Shown: positions 27,588 to 36,812 of the stretch, in pieces
How positions within the stretch are numbered: position 1 is the stretch's first letter
Layout: each line of letters opens with the position of its first letter
Assembly: GCA_041690395.1 (NCBI GenBank)
Contig: JAWLHJ010000003.1
Coordinates: 384,001 to 448,000, forward strand
Direction: 5' to 3'
DNA length: 64,000 nucleotides
From: Longimicrobiales bacterium
Lineage (GTDB): Bacteria; Gemmatimonadota; Gemmatimonadetes; Longimicrobiales; Gaopeijiaceae
Made by a program: the position numbers and the translations under genes
The notes under the pieces: model-generated
Seen by the model: only the letters and a program-made list of their open reading frames with translations
What the model was told of the DNA's origin: nothing
Databases searched by the model: none

Positions 27588-28694
27588 GTGACCGCCCCCG
27601 GGGCCGACGGCATCGACTTCGGTGTCGCGGGCGTGCTGCGGGTGGGCGTCCAGGGCGACGGTCGGGACGATCGGGTTGCTGTGGCACGCGACGTCGGCAG
27701 GACGGACGCCGTGGGCGACCGCATCCCCGACGTGACGATCCGCTTCGTGGACGAGATTTCGCCGGTGCACCTCCGCGTGTTGGACGGCGGATGGACCGGA
27801 TACGGCGATGACGGCGTGTACTTCCTCGATCCGTCGACGCACGCACCACTGGCCACCGTGTCACAGGGGGAGCGTTGGGGCGAGGCGCGGATCGTCTGCC
27901 GACGAGGGCTCGGACGCGTTCCGTTTCTGTCGTCGGCATTGGACCTCGCGGCCCTGTTCCACCAGTGGGCTCCCGTACACGGCTCCGGGTGGGTCACGCC
28001 CGAGGGAAAGGGCGTGCTCGTGACCGGATGGGCCCATAGCGGCAAGACGGGTGCACTGCTGTCTGCCTGTGAGGGTGGCGCCCTGCCCGTCGGTGACGAC
28101 CGGATTCTGCTGTCGCGAACGGGGTCGCGCATGATCGGCATGGGCCGCCCCGTTGGAGTGAAGGACTGGCACATGGCCCAACTCCCGCTCGCTTCGCTCG
28201 GGCGGAGACCCGTTCGCCGGGCGCTCGCGCGGATGGCGCCGGCCTTCGGCGCATGGACGGACGGGGCCATGCGCGGCCCGGGCCTCCGGTTGGCCGGCAG
28301 GGCCATCGACCGGCTCCGGCGCGGGCTGGAGCTGGAGCTTCCGCCCGAGCGCCTCGGGGCGCCCCCGGCCGATGCTCGGGTCGATGTCCTGGTCATCCTG
28401 GAGACACACCCGCACGCGTCGATCGTGGCCGAGCCCGCGGCCCCCGGCTGCGCCGCCCGGTGCGTGGCTGCCCAGACCGAAGGCGAGCTGCTGTCGGCCC
28501 TCCGGGCGCAGCTGGCCTTCACGTACGCCCTCCCTGGCGGTGGCTGGACGGGCGTGGGGCGAGCGCCAGCCGAAGCCCGGAGCATTCTCGAAGATTCGAC
28601 TCGTGGCGTGCCGACCTACGTCGTGCGCCACCCCTACCCTTGCCCTCTCGAAGCGCTCGACGCCGTCATCGCCGGTGTCGTGGCCGAGGTCTGA
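27588..28694 (+). CDS. HprK-related P-loop kinase-like protein
   Basis: PVHGSG..GVLVTGWAHSGKT..VGDDRILL matches the HPr kinase H..GxxxxGKT..DD pattern. Confidence 0.65.
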   Translation: MTAPGADGIDFGVAGVLRVGVQGDGRDDRVAVARDVGRTDAVGDRIPDVTIRFVDEISPVHLRVLDGGWTGYGDDGVYFLDPSTHAPLATVSQGERWGEARIVCRRGLGRVPFLSSALDLAALFHQWAPVHGSGWVTPEGKGVLVTGWAHSGKTGALLSACEGGALPVGDDRILLSRTGSRMIGMGRPVGVKDWHMAQLPLASLGRRPVRRALARMAPAFGAWTDGAMRGPGLRLAGRAIDRLRRGLELELPPERLGAPPADARVDVLVILETHPHASIVAEPAAPGCAARCVAAQTEGELLSALRAQLAFTYALPGGGWTGVGRAPAEARSILEDSTRGVPTYVVRHPYPCPLEALDAVIAGVVAEV

Positions 28695-28695
28695 C

Positions 28696-30399
28696 ATGAT
28701 GGCTACGCCAGGACGAATCCTTACACTGGTCGGCGCCGACGGCGCGGGAAAGTCGACACAGGCCAAGCGGCTGTGCTCCACGTTGAACGGGTCGGCCAGG
28801 TACATCTACATGGGGTCGAACCCTTCAGCCTCCACGCACACCCTTCCCACCACGAGGGCGTGGGCCCGCATCAAAGGCGCGATGGGCAGGAATGTCCACC
28901 ATTCCGGCCCACCCGAGGAGCGGACGACGCGCCGTCCGGAGAGCGCGCTCGCGCGCGGTGCCCAACACCTCAAGTCGCTGGCCGCGTTGGGGCTTCGCGT
29001 GAGCGAGGACCTGTACCGGCTGCTGGTGGCGGCCACCTACGCTCGCACGGGCCACACGGTGATCATGGATCGGCATCCGTACCCCGACTACTACACCCGA
29101 CGCGTGCGGGATACCGGCGCGTGGCTTCGGTGGGGCGACCGCATCCATGGATTCCTCCTTCGGCACGTCTATCCTCGTCCGAGCAACCTCGTCATCCTCG
29201 ACGCTCCGGCAGAGGTCCTCCACGCCCGGAAGCCCGAAGGCTCCCTGGCCGCCCTCGAGGCCCGACGACGGGAATACCTGGACATGATCGGGACCGGCCC
29301 CGATGCAAGCGTCACCGTGATCGATGCGTCCCGGCCCGAGGAGTCCGTCTTCCGCGACCTCCTGCGCCTCGCGGAGGCACGCGCGCCGCTCTCCGGCCAT
29401 GGTCCGCGGCCCCACCTGTCGCACGCCCTGGCCCTGCTCGCGGTACCGCTCCTGATGGCGTGCGACGGTTCCTCTTCGACCGACGTGGTGCCGCCCGAAG
29501 CACCCGGCATCGTGACCCTCACGGTCATGACCTACAACATCTTCCACGACGGGGCAGACCCCGGTCGGGGTATCCTGCCGTGGTCCGAGCGCCGAGACGC
29601 GGTGGTCGCCATGATCCGGAGTCGCACGCCCGATGTCGTCGGGCTGCAGGAGGCCGAGGTCTGGCAGGTGGCGTGGCTCCTCGACCAGATGCCCGAGTAC
29701 GAGGCCGTGGCGCGCGGTCCCTACGCAGACGCCGGAGTCCTCGATGCGGAGACGGTCGCCGTGCTGTTCCTGAAAGAGCGGTTCGCGCTCCAGGAATCCG
29801 GCCACTTCTGGTACTCGGAGTCACCCGACCAGCCAGGCTCCTACGGCAGCGCAGCCTTCGGCGGAACAGCCTTCCCCCGTATGGCCACATGGGTTCGTCT
29901 CGTGGAGCGGGATACGCCGCAGGAGTCGGGCTTCTACCTGTTCAACACCCACTTCGTCGCCGAGGAGCACGCCGACGATGCCCAGCTGGCCCGCTTCAAG
30001 AGTGCCGAGCTTCTGGCCGAGCGGATCGCCGACCGTGCCCATGACGATGCCCCGTTCCTGGTGACCGGGGACCTCAACACGGGTCCGGGATCGTGGCCGC
30101 TCAGGTACCTCCTCGGGAGCCGATGCGAGTCAGGGGAGTCCTGCTCCGCGCCCGAGCCGGATCTGCGGATGATCGATGCCTGGGAGACGAACCATCCGGG
30201 AAACACGGAATCGGGGACGCGCTGCAACGCCGAGACGGGTTCGGACGGCCCGCGCGTGGACCACATTCTGGTTTGGGATCCCCCAACCGGGGCGGATAGC
30301 CTCCCGGACGTCTTGACGGCCGACATCCTTGCGGCGCCGGTCGGCTGCCCGTCGGACCACCGGCCCGTGGCGAGCAGGATCGCGCTCCCGGTACCCTGA
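28696..30399 (+). CDS. Fusion: thymidylate-kinase-like P-loop domain + internal lipoprotein signal + EEP endonuclease/exonuclease/phosphatase
   Basis: GADGAGKST, IMDRHPY, ILDAPAEVLHARKPE; then ALALLAVPLLMAC; then MTYNI, DVVGLQE, FNTHF, TGDLN, VDHI, SDHRPV. Confidence 0.75.
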   Translation: MMATPGRILTLVGADGAGKSTQAKRLCSTLNGSARYIYMGSNPSASTHTLPTTRAWARIKGAMGRNVHHSGPPEERTTRRPESALARGAQHLKSLAALGLRVSEDLYRLLVAATYARTGHTVIMDRHPYPDYYTRRVRDTGAWLRWGDRIHGFLLRHVYPRPSNLVILDAPAEVLHARKPEGSLAALEARRREYLDMIGTGPDASVTVIDASRPEESVFRDLLRLAEARAPLSGHGPRPHLSHALALLAVPLLMACDGSSSTDVVPPEAPGIVTLTVMTYNIFHDGADPGRGILPWSERRDAVVAMIRSRTPDVVGLQEAEVWQVAWLLDQMPEYEAVARGPYADAGVLDAETVAVLFLKERFALQESGHFWYSESPDQPGSYGSAAFGGTAFPRMATWVRLVERDTPQESGFYLFNTHFVAEEHADDAQLARFKSAELLAERIADRAHDDAPFLVTGDLNTGPGSWPLRYLLGSRCESGESCSAPEPDLRMIDAWETNHPGNTESGTRCNAETGSDGPRVDHILVWDPPTGADSLPDVLTADILAAPVGCPSDHRPVASRIALPVP

Positions 30400-30519
30400 T
30401 CGGCGAGCGCGACACTGTCGCGCACCTTAGGCAGAAACGACCCCGCCGAGCGCCTCCGCGCGTCCGCCCTGCACCGAGCATTCCGCACCGCGCCTACATC
30501 CATGGGTGACGGGGAAAGC

Positions 30520-30535
30520 TGGTACGGCCCGTGCT
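30520..30535 (+). promoter_or_regulatory. Sigma-54 promoter of the lipoprotein/adhesin operon
   Basis: TGGTACG-GCCC-GTGCT, about 50 nt upstream of ATG 30585. Confidence 0.62.
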
Positions 30536-30584
30536 TCGAATAGGAGAGCAGATCCACGAATCCACTCTCAGAATCGGTAGCCGG

Positions 30585-31451
30585 ATGAACCAGATACGAA
30601 TGATTCGACGGGCCCGGAGATGGGCCGCCACGCTGAGCGTGGTCCCGTTCCTCGCCCTCGCCGGGTGCGGGGACGACCCCGTCGGACCCGGGGACGGCGT
30701 CCGCTACCTGGACGAAGTGTTCGACGTCGCTACGGAGACCGATCTCCAGTACGGTCTGGCGATGGACGAGAACGGGGACGAGGAAGTCCTTCTTCTCGAT
30801 CTCTACCAGCCCGAGGACGACACCCTGGATCGGAGGCCCGCCGTCCTCTGGATGCACGGGGGGAGCTTCCAGTTCGGCCACAAGGGCGAGATGACCGAGT
30901 TCGCGCGCAGCTTCGCTCGCCGCGGCATGGTGAGCGTGTCGCTGAACTACCGGCTCCGGGAGAACCAGACGTTCGACTACACGGACCCGGACGATGCCGT
31001 GGGGGAGCAGGCCAAGCGTGACGCCCAGCACGATATCCAGGCCGCGGTGCGTTGGCTGAGGGCGAATGCCGACGACCTGGGCGTCGATCCGGATCTCATC
31101 TATCTGGCCGGATACTCCGCCGGAGGCACGGCGGCGCTCCGCGTCGCCGCCTCGCCCGACGACCCCGGATCGAGTGGTAACCCCGGGCCGTCCTCGAGCG
31201 TCGCCGGTGTGGCCGGCATCTCGGTGAGCATCGAAGAGGGCGTGCTGGAAGCGGCCACGGGCCGAACCCTGCTCATCCACGGAACCGACGATACCAAGGT
31301 GCCGTTCGCCCAGGTGGAGGCGGCATGCGACGCGGCGGCCCGCTGCGAGATCGTCGCCATCGACGGAGGAGTCCACAACATGATCAACTCGGCCAGTGCC
31401 CAGATCATCTCCGAAACCGCGCGCTTCCTGCACGGGGAGGTGGCTCCGTGA
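30585..31451 (+). CDS. Alpha/beta hydrolase (carboxylesterase) lipoprotein
   Basis: LAGC lipobox, LDLYQP, HGGSF, NYRL, GYSAGG, HGTDD, GVH. Confidence 0.85.
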   Translation: MNQIRMIRRARRWAATLSVVPFLALAGCGDDPVGPGDGVRYLDEVFDVATETDLQYGLAMDENGDEEVLLLDLYQPEDDTLDRRPAVLWMHGGSFQFGHKGEMTEFARSFARRGMVSVSLNYRLRENQTFDYTDPDDAVGEQAKRDAQHDIQAAVRWLRANADDLGVDPDLIYLAGYSAGGTAALRVAASPDDPGSSGNPGPSSSVAGVAGISVSIEEGVLEAATGRTLLIHGTDDTKVPFAQVEAACDAAARCEIVAIDGGVHNMINSASAQIISETARFLHGEVAP

Positions 31452-31921
31452 AGCGGCTCGCGCTCGGCGCGGTCGTGATCATGGCCGTCCTCCCGTCGGC
31501 CGTCCAGGCCCAGGCCACGCTCGGCCCCGCCATCGCCTACCACGACGACTTCAAGCTGGGCATCGGCGCGGCGCTCAACGTCCCGATCCAGGAGTTCGAC
31601 CAGGGCGTAGGGATCATGGCCGATTTCTTCTACTTCTTCCCGGACGGCAGCGTCAACTACCTCGAGCTCAACGGGAACTTCACCTACTCCTTCGAGCTCG
31701 ATCGGTCACCGGTCACGCCATTCGCGCTGGCCGGGGCCAACGTCTCGAACACGTCGAACGATTTCACCGACACCTCGAGGACGGAGGTCGGAGTCAACCT
31801 CGGCGCCGGGCTCTCGTTCGCGTTGGGCGGGGTTCGGCCCGCGATCGGTGCCAAGGTCGAGATCGGTGGCGGACGGGGATTCGTTGTGTTCGGCCACCTC
31901 CCCTTCGTGATCGGTCGATAG
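31448..31921 (+). CDS. Small 8-stranded outer-membrane beta-barrel protein
   Basis: Signal peptide AVQA-Q; amphipathic strands DFFYFFP, PFALAG, VGVNLGAG; GTGA coupling. Confidence 0.75.
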   Translation: MKRLALGAVVIMAVLPSAVQAQATLGPAIAYHDDFKLGIGAALNVPIQEFDQGVGIMADFFYFFPDGSVNYLELNGNFTYSFELDRSPVTPFALAGANVSNTSNDFTDTSRTEVGVNLGAGLSFALGGVRPAIGAKVEIGGGRGFVVFGHLPFVIGR

Positions 31922-31942
31922 GAAGGTCGCCCCGAGGAGTAC

Positions 31943-32428
31943 ATGAGGAGACAGCTCGCGGTTGCCGTCATGGCCATGGGGTCGATGGGATCGGCCGCAG
32001 GATGCCGGACCGAGTTCGTCACGTCGGTCGTCACGTCGAGCGTCGTGGTGGCCCCGGAGGAAGCCGGCATCCTGGAAGGCGAGAACCTCCAGTTCACGGC
32101 GACGGTGATCGACGAATTCGACCAGCCGGTCGTTCAGGCCGTGGTGACCTGGTCCGCGAGCGATTCTTCGATCGCGCGCGTGGACTCCGACGGACGTGCC
32201 TGGGGGCTCGCCCCGGGAGCGACGCTCGTATGGGCAAGGTTCAACGGCGCGGCCGGCTCGGCCCTGATGACGGTGGCCCCCGCTCTGGACTGTGGCGACG
32301 ACGTGCTCACTCCCGGGAAGAAGAAGAAGGGCGGCAATACAGGCTCCGATGACGACGACGACGACGACGATGATGACGATGATGACGATGACCCCAGATG
32401 TACCCCCCCGGCCGATACAGGACCCTGA
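31943..32428 (+). CDS. Ig-like (Big_2) lipoprotein with poly-Asp tail
   Basis: AAGC lipobox; LQFTATV..VTWSASDSSIARVDSDG..PG; D15 tract. Confidence 0.8.
   Translation: MRRQLAVAVMAMGSMGSAAGCRTEFVTSVVTSSVVVAPEEAGILEGENLQFTATVIDEFDQPVVQAVVTWSASDSSIARVDSDGRAWGLAPGATLVWARFNGAAGSALMTVAPALDCGDDVLTPGKKKKGGNTGSDDDDDDDDDDDDDDDPRCTPPADTGP
32348..32392 (+). repeat. (GAY)15 coding repeat, poly-Asp
   Basis: 15 consecutive mixed GAC/GAT codons. Confidence 0.95.
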
Positions 32429-33573
32429 TGACCGATCTCGAACGCATACGCTCGAACGCGACCAGGGCCGTGGCGGGAGCCGTGTTGTGGACCATGGGAG
32501 CAGTGCTACCTCTCGCCGCTCAGGAGCTTCCCCTGCGGCATCAGTCGGACAACGGCGAGGCCGAGACCTGCCCGAGCTCGCCGGACGTCGTCGTCGACCC
32601 GGGACCCGACGCTCGCGCCCAGGCGGTCGAGCTCGCGTCCACCGCGGATCAGTCGGTCGTTCTCGGTGACCTGGAACGAGCGGCCACCCTCCTGGAGCGA
32701 GCCACCGAGCTCGACCCGTTCTCCGCGGAACTGGCCTATCGGCGGGGGAGGGTCCTGGAGGATCTGGGACAGACCCGGGCCGCGACCTCGTCCTACTGCC
32801 GCGTGCTCGACACGGTGGGAGCAGAGGTCACGCTCGCTGACGCCCGTGACCGGATCCAGAGCCTCAACCGGAAAGAGACGATTGTCCCGGAAGCGACACG
32901 CACGGCAGCGGCACAGGCAGTGGCCACGGCCGAAGCCGGTAACCTGGACGGGGCCCTCGAAGCCTTCGACCAGGTGGTGCGCGACGCCCCTCTGTGGGCC
33001 GACGGGGCGTACAACCGGGGGGTGACACTCGACCGGATGGGAAGGAGTTCGGACGCCGTGCTCGCATTCGGTCGGTATCTCGAGTTGGAGCCGTCGGCGC
33101 CCGACGCGATCGCCGTGTCACGTCGTATCGGCCAGCTCGAAGCGCTCCTCGCGGCGCTACGGGACACGCCGAGCCCCTACACGGCTCTCGCCCTCGGGGC
33201 ACTCGTCCCCGGCATGGGACAATTCTACTCGGGGCGCGCTCGGGGCGGCCTGCTCGTCGTCGCGCTCACGGCCGGGACCCTCGCGGGCGGCTACTTCATC
33301 ACCGAGGTGAACGTCCGCTGCCAGATTCCCGTCGAGCCCGGCGCCTCGTGCCCGCCGGAGTCAGTCGCCTCGAAGAGCAATGAACGGCCCCACATGTGGT
33401 CGGCGGTCGGCGTGGCCGCCGCCGTGGCCGTGTTCGGGGCCACGGAGGCGTTCATCAACGCGCGCCTCCGCAGGCGTGGCCAGGGCCCGTACGCGGAGCG
33501 GATCACCGGGCCCTCGATCACGGCCCGCGGCTCCGGTGTGGACCTGAATCTGTTGTCTCTCCGCTTCCGTTGA
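32428..33573 (+). CDS. Secreted TPR-repeat protein with C-terminal membrane segment
   Basis: Signal peptide; TPR units ATELDP..AYRRGRVL, AYNRGVTL..YLELEP; LVPGMGQFYSG motif. Confidence 0.78.
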   Translation: MTDLERIRSNATRAVAGAVLWTMGAVLPLAAQELPLRHQSDNGEAETCPSSPDVVVDPGPDARAQAVELASTADQSVVLGDLERAATLLERATELDPFSAELAYRRGRVLEDLGQTRAATSSYCRVLDTVGAEVTLADARDRIQSLNRKETIVPEATRTAAAQAVATAEAGNLDGALEAFDQVVRDAPLWADGAYNRGVTLDRMGRSSDAVLAFGRYLELEPSAPDAIAVSRRIGQLEALLAALRDTPSPYTALALGALVPGMGQFYSGRARGGLLVVALTAGTLAGGYFITEVNVRCQIPVEPGASCPPESVASKSNERPHMWSAVGVAAAVAVFGATEAFINARLRRRGQGPYAERITGPSITARGSGVDLNLLSLRFR

Positions 33574-33577
33574 GCCC

Positions 33578-34987
33578 ATGCGAGTCACTCCGTGGCCTCG
33601 ACCCCGAGCACGCCCTGGAGGCGCCGCGCGACCGGCTCTCCGAGCGCTGCTGATCGCTGCCTTCTTCCAGGCCTGCGCGACGGAGAAGGTGACCCAGGTC
33701 GTGGTCGTGTCCGTCACCGTCGTTCCGGGCAACGCGGCCATCGAGCCAGGAGGTACGGTGGACTTCGAGGCCGTAGTGGCGGACGAGGCGGGCGGCGCCC
33801 AGGTCGGCGCGCCGGTGGTGTGGTCGAGCGATCCGCCCGACGTCGTCTTCGTGGATCAGTCGGGGACCGCCCACGCGCTCTCGACCGGCGTCGCGACCGT
33901 CGAGGCGACGTACCAGGGCGTCACCGGCGCGGCAAGCGTCCTGGTCGTTCCGGGCCCCACCCTCGTCATGGACCCGGACGTCGTCTCGATGGCCGGAGAC
34001 GTGGATGGGGACGGACCGCCCCAGGAGGCCGTATTGATCGGCAATGGAGGCCTGGGTCGCCTGACCGGGCTCGCCTCGGAGGTGAGATACGAGTCGGGAG
34101 GCGGGGAGGACTGGCTCGGGGCCAGCCTCTCGGGGGACGCGACGCCGGCGACGCTCACGCTCTCCCCCGATGTCGAAGGGATGCGCGCGGGCGTGTACGA
34201 CGCCGTCGTCGTGGTGACCTCCGGCGATGGCGACGACCTCAGCGCATCCCTTCCCGTCCGCCTCTCGCTTGCCGGCATCACCGTGCGGCACACCGGGGGG
34301 CGCACGTCCGTCGAAGAATCGGGGTCCACGGATGCGTTCTCCGTCGTCCTCGACCTCGATCCCGGCGCGGAGGTGAGCCTGTCCGTGACGGCCGAGGACC
34401 CGGACGAGATCGAGGTCAGTCCATCACGCCTCACGTTCGACCCGACGGATTGGTCCACATCCCGAACCGTCACTGTGACCGCCGTCGACGACCGGATCGT
34501 CAATGGAGATCGGAGCACCCGAATCGTCGTCTCGGTCGAGGGGGGCGAGCAGACGCCCTACGCGGTGGTGGGCGCCCGACGGCTCGACGTGACCATCGTG
34601 GACGACGACGTCGCCGGGTTCCTCGTCTCCGAGACCCAGGGATGGACGTCCGCGAGGGAGGACGGCCACAGCGATTCCCTCTTCGTCGTGCTGACCGCCG
34701 AGCCCCGGAGCGACGTGGTCTTCTCCGCGCGGACCGATGACGAGAGCGACGCGACGCTATCACCCGACGAGCTTACGTTCACGCCGTTGAACTGGGACGA
34801 CCCGAGGCTCCTGGTCTTCTCGGCCGTCGACGACAACCGCCGCGACGGGTTCGGCTTCAGAACCGTGACGATCGCCGTGGACCCGTCGCGTTCGGACCCC
34901 GCGTTCCACGGGCTCTCGCGGACCGTCGACGCCGTCACGTTCGACGACGACCGGTCCCGCGACTCCGACTCGGGACCAGGTGGCTGA
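33578..34987 (+). CDS. Multi-Ig-domain lipoprotein (Big_2, BACON-like, two Calx-beta-like repeats)
   Basis: FQAC lipobox; repeated LTFDPTDWST..VTAVDD / LTFTPLNWDD..SAVDD units. Confidence 0.75.
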   Translation: MRVTPWPRPRARPGGAARPALRALLIAAFFQACATEKVTQVVVVSVTVVPGNAAIEPGGTVDFEAVVADEAGGAQVGAPVVWSSDPPDVVFVDQSGTAHALSTGVATVEATYQGVTGAASVLVVPGPTLVMDPDVVSMAGDVDGDGPPQEAVLIGNGGLGRLTGLASEVRYESGGGEDWLGASLSGDATPATLTLSPDVEGMRAGVYDAVVVVTSGDGDDLSASLPVRLSLAGITVRHTGGRTSVEESGSTDAFSVVLDLDPGAEVSLSVTAEDPDEIEVSPSRLTFDPTDWSTSRTVTVTAVDDRIVNGDRSTRIVVSVEGGEQTPYAVVGARRLDVTIVDDDVAGFLVSETQGWTSAREDGHSDSLFVVLTAEPRSDVVFSARTDDESDATLSPDELTFTPLNWDDPRLLVFSAVDDNRRDGFGFRTVTIAVDPSRSDPAFHGLSRTVDAVTFDDDRSRDSDSGPGG

Positions 34988-34988
34988 C

Positions 34989-36749
34989 ATGGCACCTCGT
35001 GTTCCCGACATCGAGCTCCCACCGCTTCCGACGTCCGGTGAGCGGGCGCGGCGGCCCAACTCGGAGCCGCCGGAGAGGACGAGGTCACGGTCCGGGCCAG
35101 GGCCGTGGACGTGGATCGTCGTCGTGATTCTGGGCGCGGCCGGCGGCTACCTCGGCGGTATGGGAAGCCGGGGCCTACCGTTCGGACTGACGGCCGAGCC
35201 CGGAGGCGCTTCCGGGTCGCCGTCCTCGGCCGGAGCGGGTGCGGCGGACACCGCGACGGTCGGAAGCGAGTCGCCGAGTCCGGCGGAGCCGGGCGTGGTC
35301 GGCGCGAGCGGTCTTCCGGCGCGGATGGACTACCTCCAGGGGGACGGTCAGGCCGCCGAGGCGGGCTCGACGCTGCCCGGACGATTCGGCGTGCAGGTCG
35401 TAGATGCCACGGGTCAGCCGGTCCAGGGCGCCGAGGTTCGCTTCCAGGTGGTCGCCGGCGGAGGCCTCACAACCCCCGCCCTGGCCCTGACCGACTCCCT
35501 GGGTCGGGCCACGGCCAGCTGGCAGCTCGGTCCCGGCGCCGGATTCCACCGGCTCACCGCGACCTCACCGGACCTCGAGACCGTCGTCACCTTCACGGCC
35601 ATGGCCCGATCGACCGAAGTCGCCGCGGAAGCGCCGCAGCCGGAGGCGCCGCCGAGTCGTGAGGTCCAGTCCCAGGCCCCGCCTGTCACCGAGACCGTGT
35701 ACGAGCCGCCCCTCTCGACGGCCCCGCGCGTGCCGGCAAGAGTCTCCGTGGTGCCTCGCGACCGCGTCGTGGGGGGATCGACGGTGTGCATGTTGGCCGG
35801 GGGCGGGGTGACGTGCCGTGGAGCCGACGACCGCGGACAGCGCCTCGAAGACGGGGCGTACGGAACGCGGGCCCTGACCGCGGGCCTCTTCCACGCATGC
35901 GCGCTGGACGCGTCGGGCATGGCGTCGTGCTGGGGCGCGAACGAGGCGGGGCAGCTCGGAGACGGCACGCGCACCGATCGTGACCAGGCGACACCCGTGG
36001 CGACGGACCTTCGCTTCTCGACGCTCAGCGCCGGCATCGCGCATACGTGCGGCCTGACCGGCGACGGGCAGCTGGCCTGCTGGGGGCAGAACATCGGGGG
36101 CCAGCTCGGAGACGGATCCCGGAACGATCGCACGACGCCGGTGCTCACTTCGACCCCCTCGCTCAGGACGCTGGAGTCCGGGTGGAACCACACGTGCGCG
36201 ATTGCCGCTGCAGGCACCGTGTACTGCTGGGGCCTGAACCGTGATGGACAGGTGGGAGACGGCACCCGCCTCGATAGACTGTCACCGCGACGGGTCGAGA
36301 CGTCCGCCGAGGCCCTTGCCGCGGGAAGCTCCCACACGTGCGCCCTGTCCGCCGGAAGCGTGCTCTGCTGGGGTGACAATCGCTTCGGGCAGCTCGGAGA
36401 CGGCACCACGGAATCACGCACGAGTCCCACGGCGGTCTCGGGTCTCCCGGGCCGGGCGACCGAGTTGGTCTCCGGAGCGGCCCACGCCTGCGCGCTGCTC
36501 GCGGACGGAACCGTCTACTGCTGGGGCCAGAACCTGCACGGGCAGCTCGGGAACGGCTCCACCCTCAACGCGACGACGCCTGTCGCGGTGGCCGGCAGTA
36601 TCACCTTCGCCCGGCTCTCCGCCGGTGGAGCCGTCACCTGCGGCATGTCCATCGAAGGCCTCGAGTACTGCTGGGGGCTCAACCAGAGCGGTCAGCTGGG
36701 AGACGGCTCGCGCACCAACCGGGCTGCGCCGGCGCGCGTCGGGCGGTAG
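34989..36749 (+). CDS. Membrane-anchored Big_1-like + RCC1-repeat protein
   Basis: TM WTWIVVVILGAAGG; GDGQ..VQVVDATGQPV..TDSLGRA; repeated HTC..CWG.N..GQLGDG. Confidence 0.88.
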   Translation: MAPRVPDIELPPLPTSGERARRPNSEPPERTRSRSGPGPWTWIVVVILGAAGGYLGGMGSRGLPFGLTAEPGGASGSPSSAGAGAADTATVGSESPSPAEPGVVGASGLPARMDYLQGDGQAAEAGSTLPGRFGVQVVDATGQPVQGAEVRFQVVAGGGLTTPALALTDSLGRATASWQLGPGAGFHRLTATSPDLETVVTFTAMARSTEVAAEAPQPEAPPSREVQSQAPPVTETVYEPPLSTAPRVPARVSVVPRDRVVGGSTVCMLAGGGVTCRGADDRGQRLEDGAYGTRALTAGLFHACALDASGMASCWGANEAGQLGDGTRTDRDQATPVATDLRFSTLSAGIAHTCGLTGDGQLACWGQNIGGQLGDGSRNDRTTPVLTSTPSLRTLESGWNHTCAIAAAGTVYCWGLNRDGQVGDGTRLDRLSPRRVETSAEALAAGSSHTCALSAGSVLCWGDNRFGQLGDGTTESRTSPTAVSGLPGRATELVSGAAHACALLADGTVYCWGQNLHGQLGNGSTLNATTPVAVAGSITFARLSAGGAVTCGMSIEGLEYCWGLNQSGQLGDGSRTNRAAPARVGR

Positions 36750-36812
36750 CGGGAGGCGCCGGATTCGCCCCCGCGGGTCGCCGCCGCGCCTGCCATCGCG
36801 CGACGCTGTGGG

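Noticed and set aside
25454..28585. 1043-aa minus-strand ORF
   Set aside because: Antisense shadow of the Omp85-like and HprK-like genes; low-complexity R/P/A/G sequence with no motifs.
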